The translations under genes and the position numbers were made by a program. This document shows positions 41,453-54,163 of a stretch of DNA of 64,000 bases, piece after piece. Source of the DNA: Paragordius varius. Lineage: Eukaryota > Animalia > Nematomorpha. Location: the NCBI GenBank assembly GCA_964247055.1, contig OZ176051.1, forward strand, positions 6,076,001 through 6,140,000, read 5' to 3'. Within the stretch, counting starts at the first letter, position 1, and each line of letters starts with the position of its first letter. The notes beneath the pieces are model-generated. The model made no database searches and was not told where the DNA came from. It was given only the letters and a program-made list of their open reading frames with translations.

Positions 41453-42921
41453 TCTACATATTTATAAATATGGAAAATGCTGACTTTGTGATCTGGTTAG
41501 ACCCATTCAAATCCAAATATCGAAAAAGTATAATCATTAATCAATGCCCCGACATTAGCCTTGCCCTTTTAGGCCTGTTCGGGCTCACCCCATGTAAAAA
41601 ACGCGCTTTTTTGAAAACAGAAGTCCACAAAATTCGTGTCTTTGAGACAATTTTCCGGAGAACGTGTTGGACCATTCAATTTCAAATATGATTTTTATTT
41701 AGTTATTTTCGATTGCGCCGAACATAGTCGTCTCGCTTTTTTGATTAGGCCCTCTTTTTACCCGCTCCCCCCGTAAATGGCCACCTTTTTCAAAAAATAA
41801 AGTCCACAAAAATATTTTTTTGAATTGATTTTTTGCCCAAGGTATGAGACCGTAAAAATTCAATATGAATTCCACGTATTCCCTGTTAAAAGGCAAAATT
41901 TTAGTCAGGCGTTTCTTTGAGTATAGCTGCTGGGTAAGGAGCTACCCGCTAAAAACTGATTCCTCATGTAACTTTGTGATCTGTTTCCGAAAAACCGGTG
42001 AACTTATTCAAATCCAAACATCAAAAAAATATAATCATTAAATGTCCCGACAATAGCTTCGCCCTTTTTTGGAACTAGGCCCCCAGTTTGGGCCTATCCC
42101 GTGTAAAAAAAATGTTGAGACTATATTCCGGAAAACGTGTTGGACCATTCAATTTCAAATATGATTTTTGTTTACTTATATTTGCTCGCGCCGAACATAG
42201 TCGACTCACTTTTTTGATTTAGGCCCTCTCTTTACCCGCTCCTCCTGTAAAATGCCATTTTTAAAAAAAAACAAAGTCCACAAAAATAATTTTTTGATTG
42301 TGTTTTTTTGCCTAAGGTATGAGACCGTAAAAATTCAATAAAAATTCCACGTATTCCCTGTTAAAAGGCAAAAAATTTAGTCAGGCGTTTCTTTGATGAT
42401 AGCTGCTGAGTAAAGAGCTACCCGCGAAAAACTGACCCGTCATATCGGAATAGCGTGCTTTTGGGGCTTAATTTAAGAAAACATATCAGGCCATATGAGT
42501 TATAGCTGCTTAAAGTATTACCCGTAAAGAGTCAAAAATTTTAGTCGAGCGGAATATTATTAACCGTTAAATAGGCCTTACTCCTTAAAAATGCGCTATC
42601 ATTGAACTATTATTTAGTTTCAAAACCATTCTTCCATAAACAATTAGGAATGAACGATTATTCCAGATATAAAGGCAAATTTTTTATCTAACTACATTTT
42701 TATATTGGCCTCTGGGTAGGGGGATACCCGCCTTTAACTGCGCATTCATATCCATACAGCATGTCTTTGGAGCCAAATTTCAGAATATGACACTATGTGA
42801 AATATTTTAAAACTTCGTGCCGCATACCAAAATTGCTTATAAAATTAAAAATGCCCCCTCCCCCCCACCAGAAGTCCGAAGAACTTCCTCAAGCTGCGTA
42901 GCAGCACGAAATTTAAGCTAG
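41453..42921 (+). mobile_element. Non-autonomous Helitron H1
   Basis: 5' A|TCTACATA..., 3' hairpin GCTGC-GTA-GCAGC followed by CTAG|T. Internal tandem duplication of about 490 bp. Confidence 0.8.
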
Positions 42922-43534
42922 TAGTATTATAACTATTTTTAGCATTAATTAATCGGAAGAAATTTTTTTTCACATTTTGAATAAAATGGTCAATTGGTTT
43001 CATCGATTTAAAATAATTGATAGCACACACATGCATATCTGTTAATTTGAAGTTAATATATTTTGGAAGGTAAATAATGGATTTTTTAATCGAAAAAATG
43101 GGGGTTAACGCCATATAAAAGATATAAATGCCAAAAAATTAGCCAAAATGTTCATTTTCGGTAATATCAAAATATGTATCTATATTGATAAAATGACTTA
43201 AATTGTTAGAAATCCAATGTAGCTCCAATAATACACAAATTTTAAAGATGTTTTACGGCTTTGCTAAAATTAAGGGTGGTTTAAACTCATAAATTTTTAC
43301 TTTGTTAAATGCAGCTTCATATATGAAAAGTTTTTGATGTACTTCCCTAGCTCGTGATAATTTAAATACATGGGCAAATTAATAAATGTAAAATTAAAGT
43401 GTATGAAATAAATAACATTTTCATATTTTACATGTACTCTTATATTTTTTTAACTTTTGCGATATTTTTTGTAAGTTATAACCAAAAGTAATTTGTAAAA
43501 TTAAAAAGGGAGGTTGTTATCACATTTATCCGTG

Positions 43535-44120
43535 ACTATTTTAATACTTAAATACAACACACTCATTTTAGTCCTTCGATTCAAATTGGGGTAGTTGGAT
43601 ACCCCAGGGATGTTATAAATCAAATACTTTAAAAAGTATGGAAGGACTCAAAACCATGGCAATATTTTGCACTTATATAACATTAATAAACTGAAATATA
43701 TAAAAAAAATATTCAAATATACTTGATATTACTTATTTTAAGCTAAAACCGAAAGGTAAAAATTTGGTCAGCGTGACATAGGTCAAATTGTAAAATTGAA
43801 AAATTATACAAACTAAACCGCTTTTTCTATTTCTATCGATGTTAGATGTAATTTATATAAACAATTAGCTTTAGATTTACCCTTAAAAATAAATAAAGAC
43901 GATATTTTGCAAAATGTTTGTAAAATAAAAATGGCGTCGAAGTAGTTTGAGATGGAACTTTTTTTTGAAAACAAATTTTTATTAAGGTATTTTGGCATGT
44001 TGATATAATATACATCAGGATAGAAGCATAAATATAAATTGGGACCGTTTCCTTCAGTAGTTTTTTAAAAATATTAATTCAAAATTAGTCTGGGGTATTT
44101 AGATACCCCAATTTGAAGTG
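43535..44120. mobile_element. Second copy of the 7830-8440 MITE family (inverted)
   Basis: Collinear reverse complement over about 570 bp. Confidence 0.72.
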
Positions 44121-44305
44121 TATATATATAGTAAAATTTCAAGCCCATTACTTAATATCATACAAATTATAGCGAAAATACCGATCAGTTGTTTGGTACG
44201 TTTGAATTTTGCATTTATTTTATAGAGCCATCATATTAAAATCCTTAAAAAAACCTATCTAGGCATTTGATATTTACCAATATAGCATGCTTTATTTTTT
44301 AACAG

Positions 44306-44528
44306 TTTAGACTGTATATACAACACAAATTTAATGGATATTATTCACTTGAAATTTGGAAGAATGGTAATGCTTTGTACCAGATTGTAAACGAGATTTA
44401 TTCTAACCGAAAATTGAACATTCTGTATGAATATAGTGAAATATCAGACTTAAGACAACAGTACAACACTTCTATAACGGGTTATATATCGTTTACAAAG
44501 TGCAACACCAAAGCTTCTGAAGACAAGA
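44306..44528 (+). CDS. Secreted protein copy A, exon 4
   Basis: TTTTTTAACAG| acceptor, open phase 0 to 1 (FRLYIQHKFNGYYSLEIWKNG...KCNTKASEDK), A|GTATGT donor. Confidence 0.75.
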
Positions 44529-44919
44529 GTATGTTTACTTATTTGTTAAAACATTTGGTGTGCAATAAACTTTCAAAACAAATATTTTTTTTAAAAAAAC
44601 CTGTTTCGTAGGTATTCTAATATTAGTTGGTAATTATTAAAAATATTTCTTATAATTTCAAAATCTCATCTTCAAAAACCTCAACTTAAAAATAAAATAA
44701 GTCATAATTAACTGCAAATATTTTGGGGGCAGCTTATGATATTTATTACCCCGGTGGCAATTTTATTTAAATACCATTTTAAAATTGAACAATCATTTAT
44801 GCTCATACATTTTCATAATTATAAAAAATTTAATAATTTTTTTATTTTTGTTACTTTTAAAATTGAATTTTAATCAAAGTGCTAATTTATTTATTTTACT
44901 CTTTTTTTTGAAAATGCAG

Positions 44920-45013
44920 GACTGCTGTACTTGGAAGGATTGTGTTCTACATTTTTTGTTGATGGTCAAACGTATAATGTGATATCCATATCACATAGTG
45001 TTAGGCCAAGACG
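44920..45013 (+). CDS. Secreted protein copy A, exon 5 (donor position uncertain)
   Basis: TGCAG| acceptor in phase 1 (LLYLEGLCSTFFVDGQTYNVISISHSVRPR). Two weak phase-2 donors end the exon at 45013 or 45028, and either fits exon 6. Confidence 0.62.
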
Positions 45014-45124
45014 GTTCAGATTATATCAGTATAATGATAAAATTAGTTTATAGTTAATATAATTTACAATTTTGGTTTCCCAAATTTCTTAACATTTTTT
45101 AATTTTACTTAGATTAATATAATA

Positions 45125-47026
45125 TCTATATATTTATATAAATGGAAAGTGGTGGCTTTGTGATCTGTTTCCGAAAAACCGGTTGACCCATCCAAATTCA
45201 AATATCGAAAAATATAATCATTAATGAATTCCCCGACAATAGCTTCGCTCTTTTTTGAATTAGGTCCCCAGTTGAGACCCACCCCGTGTAAAACGGCTTT
45301 TTTGAAAAGTCCACAAAAATCGTGTCTTTGAGTCAATTTCCGGAAAACGTGTTGGACCATTTTATTTCAAATGTGATTATTTTACTTATTTTCGATTGCG
45401 TTGAACGTGGCCGGCTCGCTTTTTTAATTTAGCCCCTCTTTTTACCCGCTCCCCCCGTAAAATGCCATTTTTTCAAAAAAAAGTCCACAAAAATTATTTT
45501 TTGAATCTATTTTTTGCCCAAAGTATGAAACAGTGAATTAATAAGGATTCCAGGTATTTCCTGTTAAAAGGCAAAAATTTTAGTCCGTTTCTGTGATGAT
45601 TGGAGGAGATACCCGCTAAAAACTGACCCATCATATCAAAATAGCGTGCTTTTGGGACTAAATTTATAAAAACCTCTCAAGTCATATGATTTCAATTACT
45701 GCTAAAATATTCCGTAACAAGGCAAAAATGTAGATCGTATAGTTTTTTATAATAAGCCGTAAATTAGGCCCTTCTCACCCTAAAAAATGCGCCACCATAG
45801 AATAATTTTTTAAACTTTGAGACAATCATTCCGAAAACTAATGAGAGCAAATGGAATTAATTATGATTCCAGGTATTCTCCAGGAAAAAAATTTCATCAA
45901 GCGCTTTTTTGTATCAGCTTCGGGTAGGGAGCTACCCGGCTATAACTGCACCACCATATCATAGCGTTGTCAGGATTAATTTTCAGAAATCATTCGATAT
46001 AAGTTTTAGGGCCTGAAATATTACCCGTAAAAAGACAAAAATTTAAGTCGAGCGAATTTTTTATAATACAGGTTAAATAGGCTGGGTAGGGAGCTGTCAC
46101 TATATCGATACAGCTTGCCTTTGGAGCCAAATTTCAGAAAACTTATGAGACTATGTGAGTTTAATAATGGCCCTTAATATTTATTACTCTTTAAAAAAAT
46201 ATTTTAGCATAGGGGGTTATTTCAATGAGCCGCTAAGAAAGGTTTTACGCCCTGAAAAATTTGCCGCCATAGAACAATTTAGTTTTGAAGCAATATTTCC
46301 AAGATCACGAACATATGGACATTATAATTACAGATAATCCCCATATAAAGACAAAAATTTTGCCCGACGCTTTTTTATACCTTGGGTAAGTACCCGACAA
46401 AAACTGTAATATAGAAATTGCGCTGTTTTGAAATTAATTTATATCTTATGCCATATGTGCTTATTTAAAGCGAAATATTACCCTTAGTTATGTATAAATT
46501 AAGGAGTTTTTTTATAAGCCGTTAATTTAGGCCCTTTATACCCTAAAATACGCCATAACAATTATTGAATGTGGAGGTATTTTTTCGAATAACCCAAGAC
46601 ACTATAAGGATGATTCCAAATATTTTCCCTATAAAGGCAAAAAAATCAACTTAGCGCTTTTTCTATATAAACTTATGGGTATAGGTCTACCGGTTTAAAA
46701 CTGCGTCATACAAAAATGGCTTTTTGGAGCTAATTTTCAAAAAGCCTAAGAAGCCCTACGAGTTCAATAAATAAATATTGCCCATAAAAAGGTAAATAGC
46801 GGTTTTTTCCGTCTTCAATTTGGGGCCCATACACCAGTAAACAATATATTAGTATGAATGCACCGGTTTGAAAATCCTATGAGATCATAGCTATTAAATA
46901 ATGTTTCGAAATAATCCACATATATGGATCATTTTATTGTCCTTTTTTTGAAATAGCCCCCGCCCTCCCCCCGCCCCAGAAGTAAGAACTTTCTCGGGCT
47001 GCATAGCAGCATGAGATTTACGCTAG
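45125..47026 (+). mobile_element. Non-autonomous Helitron H2 (same family)
   Basis: 5' A|TCTATATA..., 3' hairpin CTCGGGCTGC-ATA-GCAGCATGAG then CTAG|T. Internal array of about 300-bp subunits. Confidence 0.8.
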
Positions 47027-47373
47027 TATCATATAATTTCTTTGCAATAATCTTTTCACATAAATGAATATATATTTATATATAAATATATATCATAGTT
47101 AGTAGAAGTTTGGCATGTTATGCAATTTTTAAATTTAAAATGCATTTTCTGGTGATTTTCAAATTTAATATTCATTCTCTAGTTCCAAAAAATTGATTAG
47201 AAAATACAAATAAACTTAAAATATCATTTAACTCAAAATTATTGGTAATGTAAAATGAATAAAAGTCTTATCTAGCAACAAATCCATATTATCTTATAAC
47301 TATTATTATTATTTTGTTTTCAAAAAATTGCTTAAAATTTAGTTCAATACATTGCGAATATATTGTATTTTAG

Positions 47374-47539
47374 CAATTTGGAGTTATACCATTACCAAAA
47401 TTATGTTGTGATGTTTGTATCAGCTGACTTTAAGCATGTTATAGAGCCAAATCGAGAAGGATTCGAACTTCTACCAAGACGATTAGATGTTGTCCAGTTT
47501 GTATCCGTTGCCGATGTCTCCATTTTAAACCTCAAAAAG
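47374..47539 (+). CDS. Secreted protein copy A, exon 6
   Basis: TATTTTAG| acceptor, phase 2 to 0, 55 codons (NLELYHYQNY...SILNLKK), AAG|GTTTGA donor. Confidence 0.75.
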
Positions 47540-49265
47540 GTTTGATTTACAGCAAATTTATGGCTATATGTGCACTCTTCAATTTAATAATTAAATTTAG
47601 TATCGTATTTAAGCATGATAAAAAGAGGGGAAGCAAAATATATCGTGGTTAAATGATGGAATGATATCTCTAAATTTGATATTAAAATTAGGTTATAGGA
47701 GCTGATAAGATCATTTATATGTAAATATTATTGTTTGGTCAACAATTTAAACAATATTTTAAAGTGCCATATTAACACATCCTTTTGGGGTTGTCGTATA
47801 CCACAGGTATTAATAAGCATAGACAAAATTTAATTATATGTATTTTGTATTCTACGTGCATCATACTTAAAAAACATTTTTAATAGAATCATAAAGAAAA
47901 TATCAAAGTACAGCCAAAATTTTGGGGTTATGATAAATTGCAAAAAAATAATGGAATCAATATGTAATAATTTAATGAACCTAAATCAAAAATCGATTAC
48001 ATCAGCAAATTTTAGCAATTTGCTTTTATTTATTGGTTTTTCAAAAACCAAAATCCGGGTCATTGACCAAGGTATATCTTGTATCTTAACAATAAATAAT
48101 TCAATTTAGCTCATATATCTGTAAGCAATAATCTTGTATTGTATAATTAATAATAATCACCTTTTTAAAAAAATATAAAGTTCATAGGTTGTTTTTGTAT
48201 GTGATGAATTTACGATGAAAACAATAAATTAATCAATGTTATATCATTTTTAGTACTGCCTGATGCTTTTTTTAAAAACTTCAATCCCTTAAAATATCTA
48301 CTAAGGAAAAAAGTCGCGGTTGGTAAAATGTTAAAATCATTACGCCATTTTTTGCATATTACTTTTAAATAATAATTTATGAAAAATATTTAATATATAA
48401 CATATTCTGGTTGATACATTGCCTTTTATTTTTTGGACGATTACGTTTTGGGGTGGTACACTCCACAGAGCTTAAATTTATTTTTTAAATAATTGTCATA
48501 CAATGTTATACTGTAATGATAATTAACCTCCATGTATTTACAGTTTTTTAACTTCCTTAAAACCCGATTAAAACGAACAGATGATTTTAAAACTATCAGG
48601 TATTCAATGGTTAAATGTTGCCTGTAAGTTTTTTCAATGATTACTTACATATTCTAACCATAAATATTTTTATTTACTTGTTGAAATAATAGCGGCGAAA
48701 AAGTTGAGATAAGGTTTTTTACAATTTTATATTAAGGAATTTTTGAAGCATGCGCCAAAAAACTAAAGAAAGCATATTTTTAAATATGATCTAATACCAT
48801 TCTAAGACAATACCCCAAAAGGTAAGGATGTGGTAATTTGGTATAAATCAATAAACAATCCGATGCTGCCCAGAGTCTAAGAACCTTGATAAAAAAAATT
48901 TAGCCTTGAAACGATATAAGCGTCTGTATGATTATATATACTGATTTTTTCACATTTTAAAAATTGTGTTTTCTGATATAATGCACCTAGAAGTCTAATG
49001 CATTGGAAATTTAATATAATAAAGATTTTAATAGTTATTCAGATTTTAAATACGAAACACAAGTTAATGAATTGTTACTCTTGCTTGAGCACCATTTGAT
49101 AATAAAACCCTACATATTTACTACTGTAGAATGAGTTGCATGAACCCGAAATATTTCTATAAAAATAGTAGTATTTGTAAATTCATGCTTTAAATAAATT
49201 AAATTATTGCTGAATTTAAATAATTTTACTTATTATAAATTATTATTTGTGGTTTTTTATTCAAG

Positions 49266-49364
49266 TTTCTGATCGGCGTACCACCAAGCTTCACTGGAAC
49301 CTGTACTCTAAAACTTTTTGAAATGGACACCCATAATTATATCAACATGACGCTTAGTAATATA
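49266..49364 (+). CDS. Secreted protein copy A, exon 7 (not in ORF track)
   Basis: TTTTTTATTCAAG| acceptor, 33 codons in phase 0 to 0 (FLIGVPPSFTGTCTLKLFEMDTHNYINMTLSNI), |GTAAGT donor. Confidence 0.75.
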
Positions 49365-49858
49365 GTAAGTTTTATTTATATTAGTTAACAGAATTATTTA
49401 ATTTAAAATTGATTTGTGTATAGCCATATAATAGCAATAAAGAATTGATGATGGTTTTTTAGTGAAGATTACATAATTATAAAAAAGTGTTTTGATTACA
49501 GTTTTTATAAGCGAAACAGTTTTGTTCTTGTTCGAATTTTTTATCCCATATTTAAAAAAAAAATTGCCAATCAAATAATTTAGTTTCCAATAATTTTTAA
49601 TTTGGTTCCGATTCCATTAATATATTTTGATTAAATACATCAGGTGTATTTTTTGATGAATTCCTAAACACAAGTGTGAATAAATATAGCCAAAAAGATA
49701 AAAATTAAAACGGTATTTTGTGCCCTACTTTTCTATGTATAATATATATTTTTTAGGTCTGTATATAAAAATAAAAGATTGAAAAAATATTAATTAGGGT
49801 TTTACCAAAACGGTTTCAATTTAAATATATCTGGTGTTGACCTTTATTTTTATTTCAG

Positions 49859-50083
49859 TTTAGCATAAGGCAAAGTATGGATGATGTTTTGATATTTGAA
49901 GGCCATTATCCCAATCCAAGAAATTATTCGATTCCTCACGTATTGCTAGATTCCATTTGGTGTCCAAAACACGATACTCCAAATTTAATCATACAATCAT
50001 TGGAGGGAGCCGATAACTATAATTTTACCATTGTCAGATACATCCGTCATTGCCCAAAACCGAAAATCACTACATCGCAGTAA
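49859..50083 (+). CDS. Secreted protein copy A, terminal exon 8
   Basis: TTTTATTTCAG| acceptor in phase 0, 74 codons to TAA. AATAAA at 50141. Confidence 0.78.
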   Translation, partial: FSIRQSMDDVLIFEGHYPNPRNYSIPHVLLDSIWCPKHDTPNLIIQSLEGADNYNFTIVRYIRHCPKPKITTSQ

Positions 50084-50140
50084 TGATTGAAAAAGTCAAC
50101 TACTTGCTAAATTTGATATTTAATGTGAAAAGCATTAATT

Positions 50141-50146
50141 AATAAA
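50141..50146 (+). terminator. Candidate polyadenylation signal of copy A
   Basis: First AATAAA 57 nt after the stop codon, just before the duplication junction. Confidence 0.45.
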
Positions 50147-50225
50147 TTAGCTACCTTTATCATACAGTATTCAGAACAAAGTGGGATGAAATTATTTCGC
50201 AGAATATACCAGTATGAGTAAATAC

Positions 50226-53200
50226 TAATGTGACCAGATAGGCTGTTTTTCGCAGTACAGTACTGGGTTTTTAGAAAAAACTGCGCATGTACTGCGTCCA
50301 CTTTTGTATGCTTTTTGAAATTTATAAAAAATTAATTTTTTATAAATATATATTAACCTCTTTTAAAAAAATTATTTTACCATCTGCAAAAATAACCCCT
50401 AATTTAGAAAGAATACGTTCATTTTGTGGTTAAAAAACTAGGATTGGCCCATTTTGAATTGGTTAATATTTTATTTTCTGCTCGAATTATATATAAAACT
50501 TATAGCAGCCTTCGCGCACTATAAATCTCGGACTCAACACTGTGGGATTCAAGCTAATGGCCATTTCGCTCAGGGCTTCTGCAAAAAATGATGCCTCAAA
50601 ATTTAAAAATAACAATATTAATTAATGATATAAATGTTTGATCAGGCTTAGAATGTTCATTTTGTTATAATAATCAAACGTAAAATTATATAGAAAATTG
50701 TTATTCCCGTAACATAATATATAAAAATTATTATAGATGGCATATTATTTCGTAATAACCTTTTATCGTATCTAAAAATTAAGAGTACATATTCTATAAT
50801 CATTAGGTGGGCGGTATAATATTTCTTTTTTTAATAATAATTTTTATTAGTTTTTTCATTTTTTTATAAACGAATTTGAGTTATGAACGTACTTCAAACT
50901 ATTGTGAAGCATGATGAAAACCCTATAACGCTTGAAGATATATAAACCCTATTTTCTAAATAATTCGATCATGTTGAACATACTATAGAGCAGTGATACT
51001 CAAACCGCGGCCCGCAGTGTGCTTTAAAAATGCACTATGACTGATATTTAATTTTTTTTAAATAATATTTATTTTTTACCCAATTTGAAATGTAGAAAAA
51101 TTTTCTACATTAAAATGATTTTAAAATTTATGATTTATGGGCACACGTTGTTTCGTCTTCTTTTCTTTTTAAAATTTTTATTGCATTTCTTTTTTGTTTT
51201 CACCCATTGCACATACATTTCATTGCTATCCTGCATCATTTTTAAAACTCATTCTCATAAAATATTTTCAACTCAATATCATTATTCGACCTGTTTTTTA
51301 TAGCATAATTCAATTTATATTCCTATCTTTTTTACATAATATTTAAACATAAATTCAAAGGATGACATCTAATGCCAAAAAACGTAAATTATCCGATGAA
51401 AATCGCTCCTTTAAAAAAGAATGGGAAACTAATTTTTTTGTCGTTTTAAATAACAATGTTGCTACCTGCCTTATATGCAAAGACCAATATTGAAAGACAT
51501 TTTAAATCCATCATTCTCATAAATTACCAGAAAATCTTGAGGAAAGAAATGAAAAATATAAAAATTTTAAGGAATTATACGAGAAAGAAAAATCTATTAT
51601 GGCCATAGCTTTTTCCCAGGAAAAAGCTGTAACATTAGCTTCGTATGAAATATGCTATATTTTAGGAAAAAAAATGAAACCGTTTACTGATTCCCAACTA
51701 ATAAAAGAATGTTTAATAAATGGTTGCACTTTTTTATTTGATAAATTCCATAATAAAGATCAAATCATGAGGCAAATTAAAAAACTTCAACTTTCTGATT
51801 AAACATGTGCTCGACGCATTGAAGATATGTCTAAATATATTTTTAACAATACATAATTGCCTCTGAAAAATTGCAAATACTTCAGTATTGCCGATTCTAG
51901 CACTGATATAAGTTCAACACCTCAATGTGCTCTCTTCGTGAGATTTTGCAACGACAACATAATCAACGAGGAATATTTGAAATTTTTACCAATGAATAAT
52001 ACCACAAAAGGCAGTGATTTTCTTGAAGTAATTAGCTTTTTCGATAATAATGGTATATCTATGAAAAAATTGGTTTCGATCTGCACAGATGGCTGTCCCT
52101 CTATGATTGGAATAAACAAAGGGTTTATTTCTCTTTTAAAAAACAAATATAATTTGCAAAATCTATTATCCTTTCACTGCTTTATTCATCAGCAAAACTT
52201 GGTTTCGCGTGTAAAAGAGAATCACTAAATTTAGTAATTAAAACGGTTGTGGATATAGTTAACTACATCCGTGGCAGAGAATTCAATCACCGTAAATTCA
52301 AAAACCTTCTGAAAGATATCCACAGTGAGTTTGATGATATTCTTTTGTACACCGCTGTGAGGTGGCTAAGCCTTAGCAAAGTATTGAATAGATTTTTTGA
52401 TTTAGGACATGAAATTCTATTATTTATAAAAGATAACAGAAAGTTTGACGAGGAAATTAATAGTGACAAATGGTGGGTTTTATTAGCCTACCTTTGCGAC
52501 ATTACTTATAAACTTAGTACTTTTAATACAAGTCTTCAAGGGAGCAAAATAATAACCCAATTTGCTAATCATATATTTGCTTTTGAAGAAAAATTAATAA
52601 TATATAAACAGGATTTTATAGATAAAACACTCCTACATTTTCCAACACTCAAAACGATTCATAAAGAAAATATGGAATTTACCGCGGATATCAATTTAAT
52701 AATAGACAATCATTTAACATTTTTATTTAATGAGATGAAATTCAGATTTTAAGAATTAAAAAATATAAAAAATTGCTTAAAGCTAGTGGAAAATCCATGG
52801 CATATGAGTATATCCAACATTAAGCAACTTGAGCTTTTCGGTTTTGATCAGGCGGTTATCATTAAAGAATTCGTTGATTTTAAAAATGATTCCAATTTGG
52901 AAGCTATATTTAAGGAAAACCGTAGAGAAGAAAGATATGTAGAGTTTTGGCAAGTTGTGCCAAATAAATATGAAAATATAAAAAAATGTGTTCAAGTTGT
53001 CTTAACTATTTTTCCATCAACTTACACATGTGAGACGGCATATTCAAAAATGAAGTATATTAAGAATACTTACAGAAATCGCTTAACTAATGATCATATG
53101 GACGACATATTAAGAATGGCCTGCCATGAGGCGAAACCAAATTTGTCAAAAATTATTGGTTAATATAAAAATAAATGTTGTTATCAATATATTTTAATTT

Positions 53201-54115
53201 TTAAAACTAAATGGTACAAAACGAATTTTTAGCTGGATTTACATGCGACCCGCAAAAAATATATTGTGCTGATTTAGAGTATAATTATGTGCGTTGTCAA
53301 ATAGCTGTGGAATATTTGCCATTATAAGGTTCATGGCCCTCGAAAAAAAAATATGTTTTATTTGGCCCGTCAAATTTTTTTGGTGAGTACCACTGCTATA
53401 GAGTGAGTAATTTTTAAAGGTTTGTTTGCTTGCAAATTTTGGTGAATTTTTGTAAAAAAACACAATTTTTATTTAACATAATTTTGAACGAACGAATATT
53501 AAAAGTCTGAGTGAGGAAAATATACAGCATTGTTGAATTTTATAAAGTGTTATAACAACCGTTTATATCGTTTCCACATGCTGAAAAGAGTGTTAAGTAC
53601 GCTTTAACAAAATTTTGTTAAAAATTAAATTTTTGAAAGTAAGCATCTTTATAAAATAAATTTAGTTGATATCAAAATTTAATATATAAATTATTACACA
53701 ATGTCGGAATTATTACGTTTTTAAGCGAAAAATCCATTTAGAAAAAGGCAAAAAAATTGGGACTTTGAGAGCCACATCTAAAAATTAAAATTTTTAAAAA
53801 CTTTGTTTTATTATTAGTTTTTTTATTTAGTGATATTTTTTGGAATATAGCATTTACACCAAAAAATATATTTAAAAAAATTGCGCACCTTTTGCATTTA
53901 TAGGGAGCACTTACCCTAATAAATAACTTTCTTAAATAACTCGTAAAGGTTAAAAACAAAACCATAATAATCCTATATTTTCCTATTAGATTATATATAT
54001 ATTACATCAGGATATTTTTTTAAAATGTGTTTATTACCACACCGATGGTGTGAAAACAAGCAATGCATATTTAAATTTTGTACTGCGTTTAAGTTCAAAA
54101 TATTTGGTCACATTA
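50226..54115. mobile_element. Element Y, copy 2 (interrupted by a Buster hAT)
   Basis: TIRs TAATGTGACCAGATA and TATTTGGTCACATTA. Collinear with copy 1; TSD degenerate. Confidence 0.78.
50991..53395 (+). mobile_element. Near full-length Buster-type hAT with disrupted transposase (about 51362-53163)
   Basis: TIRs CAGTGATACTCA and TGAGTACCACTG, with perfect 8-bp TSD CTATAGAG (nnnTAnnn Buster target). Motifs ATCLICK, ICTDGCPSM, YTAVRWLS and FPSTYTCETAYS, with frameshifts between ORF pieces. Confidence 0.93.
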
Positions 54116-54163
54116 AAGTATACATTGCTAGAAAGTTATTAATTATTGGCAAATAGTATATGC

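Larger units (their letters stand above)
22845..50210 (+). repeat. Tandem segmental duplication, unit A (unit B starts at about 50210)
   Basis: Collinear homologous blocks: 22850-23160 with 50210/54116-55590; 23990-24330 with 55620-55950; 26780-28900 with 58880-60400; 40020-41300 with 62420-63550. Confidence 0.75.
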
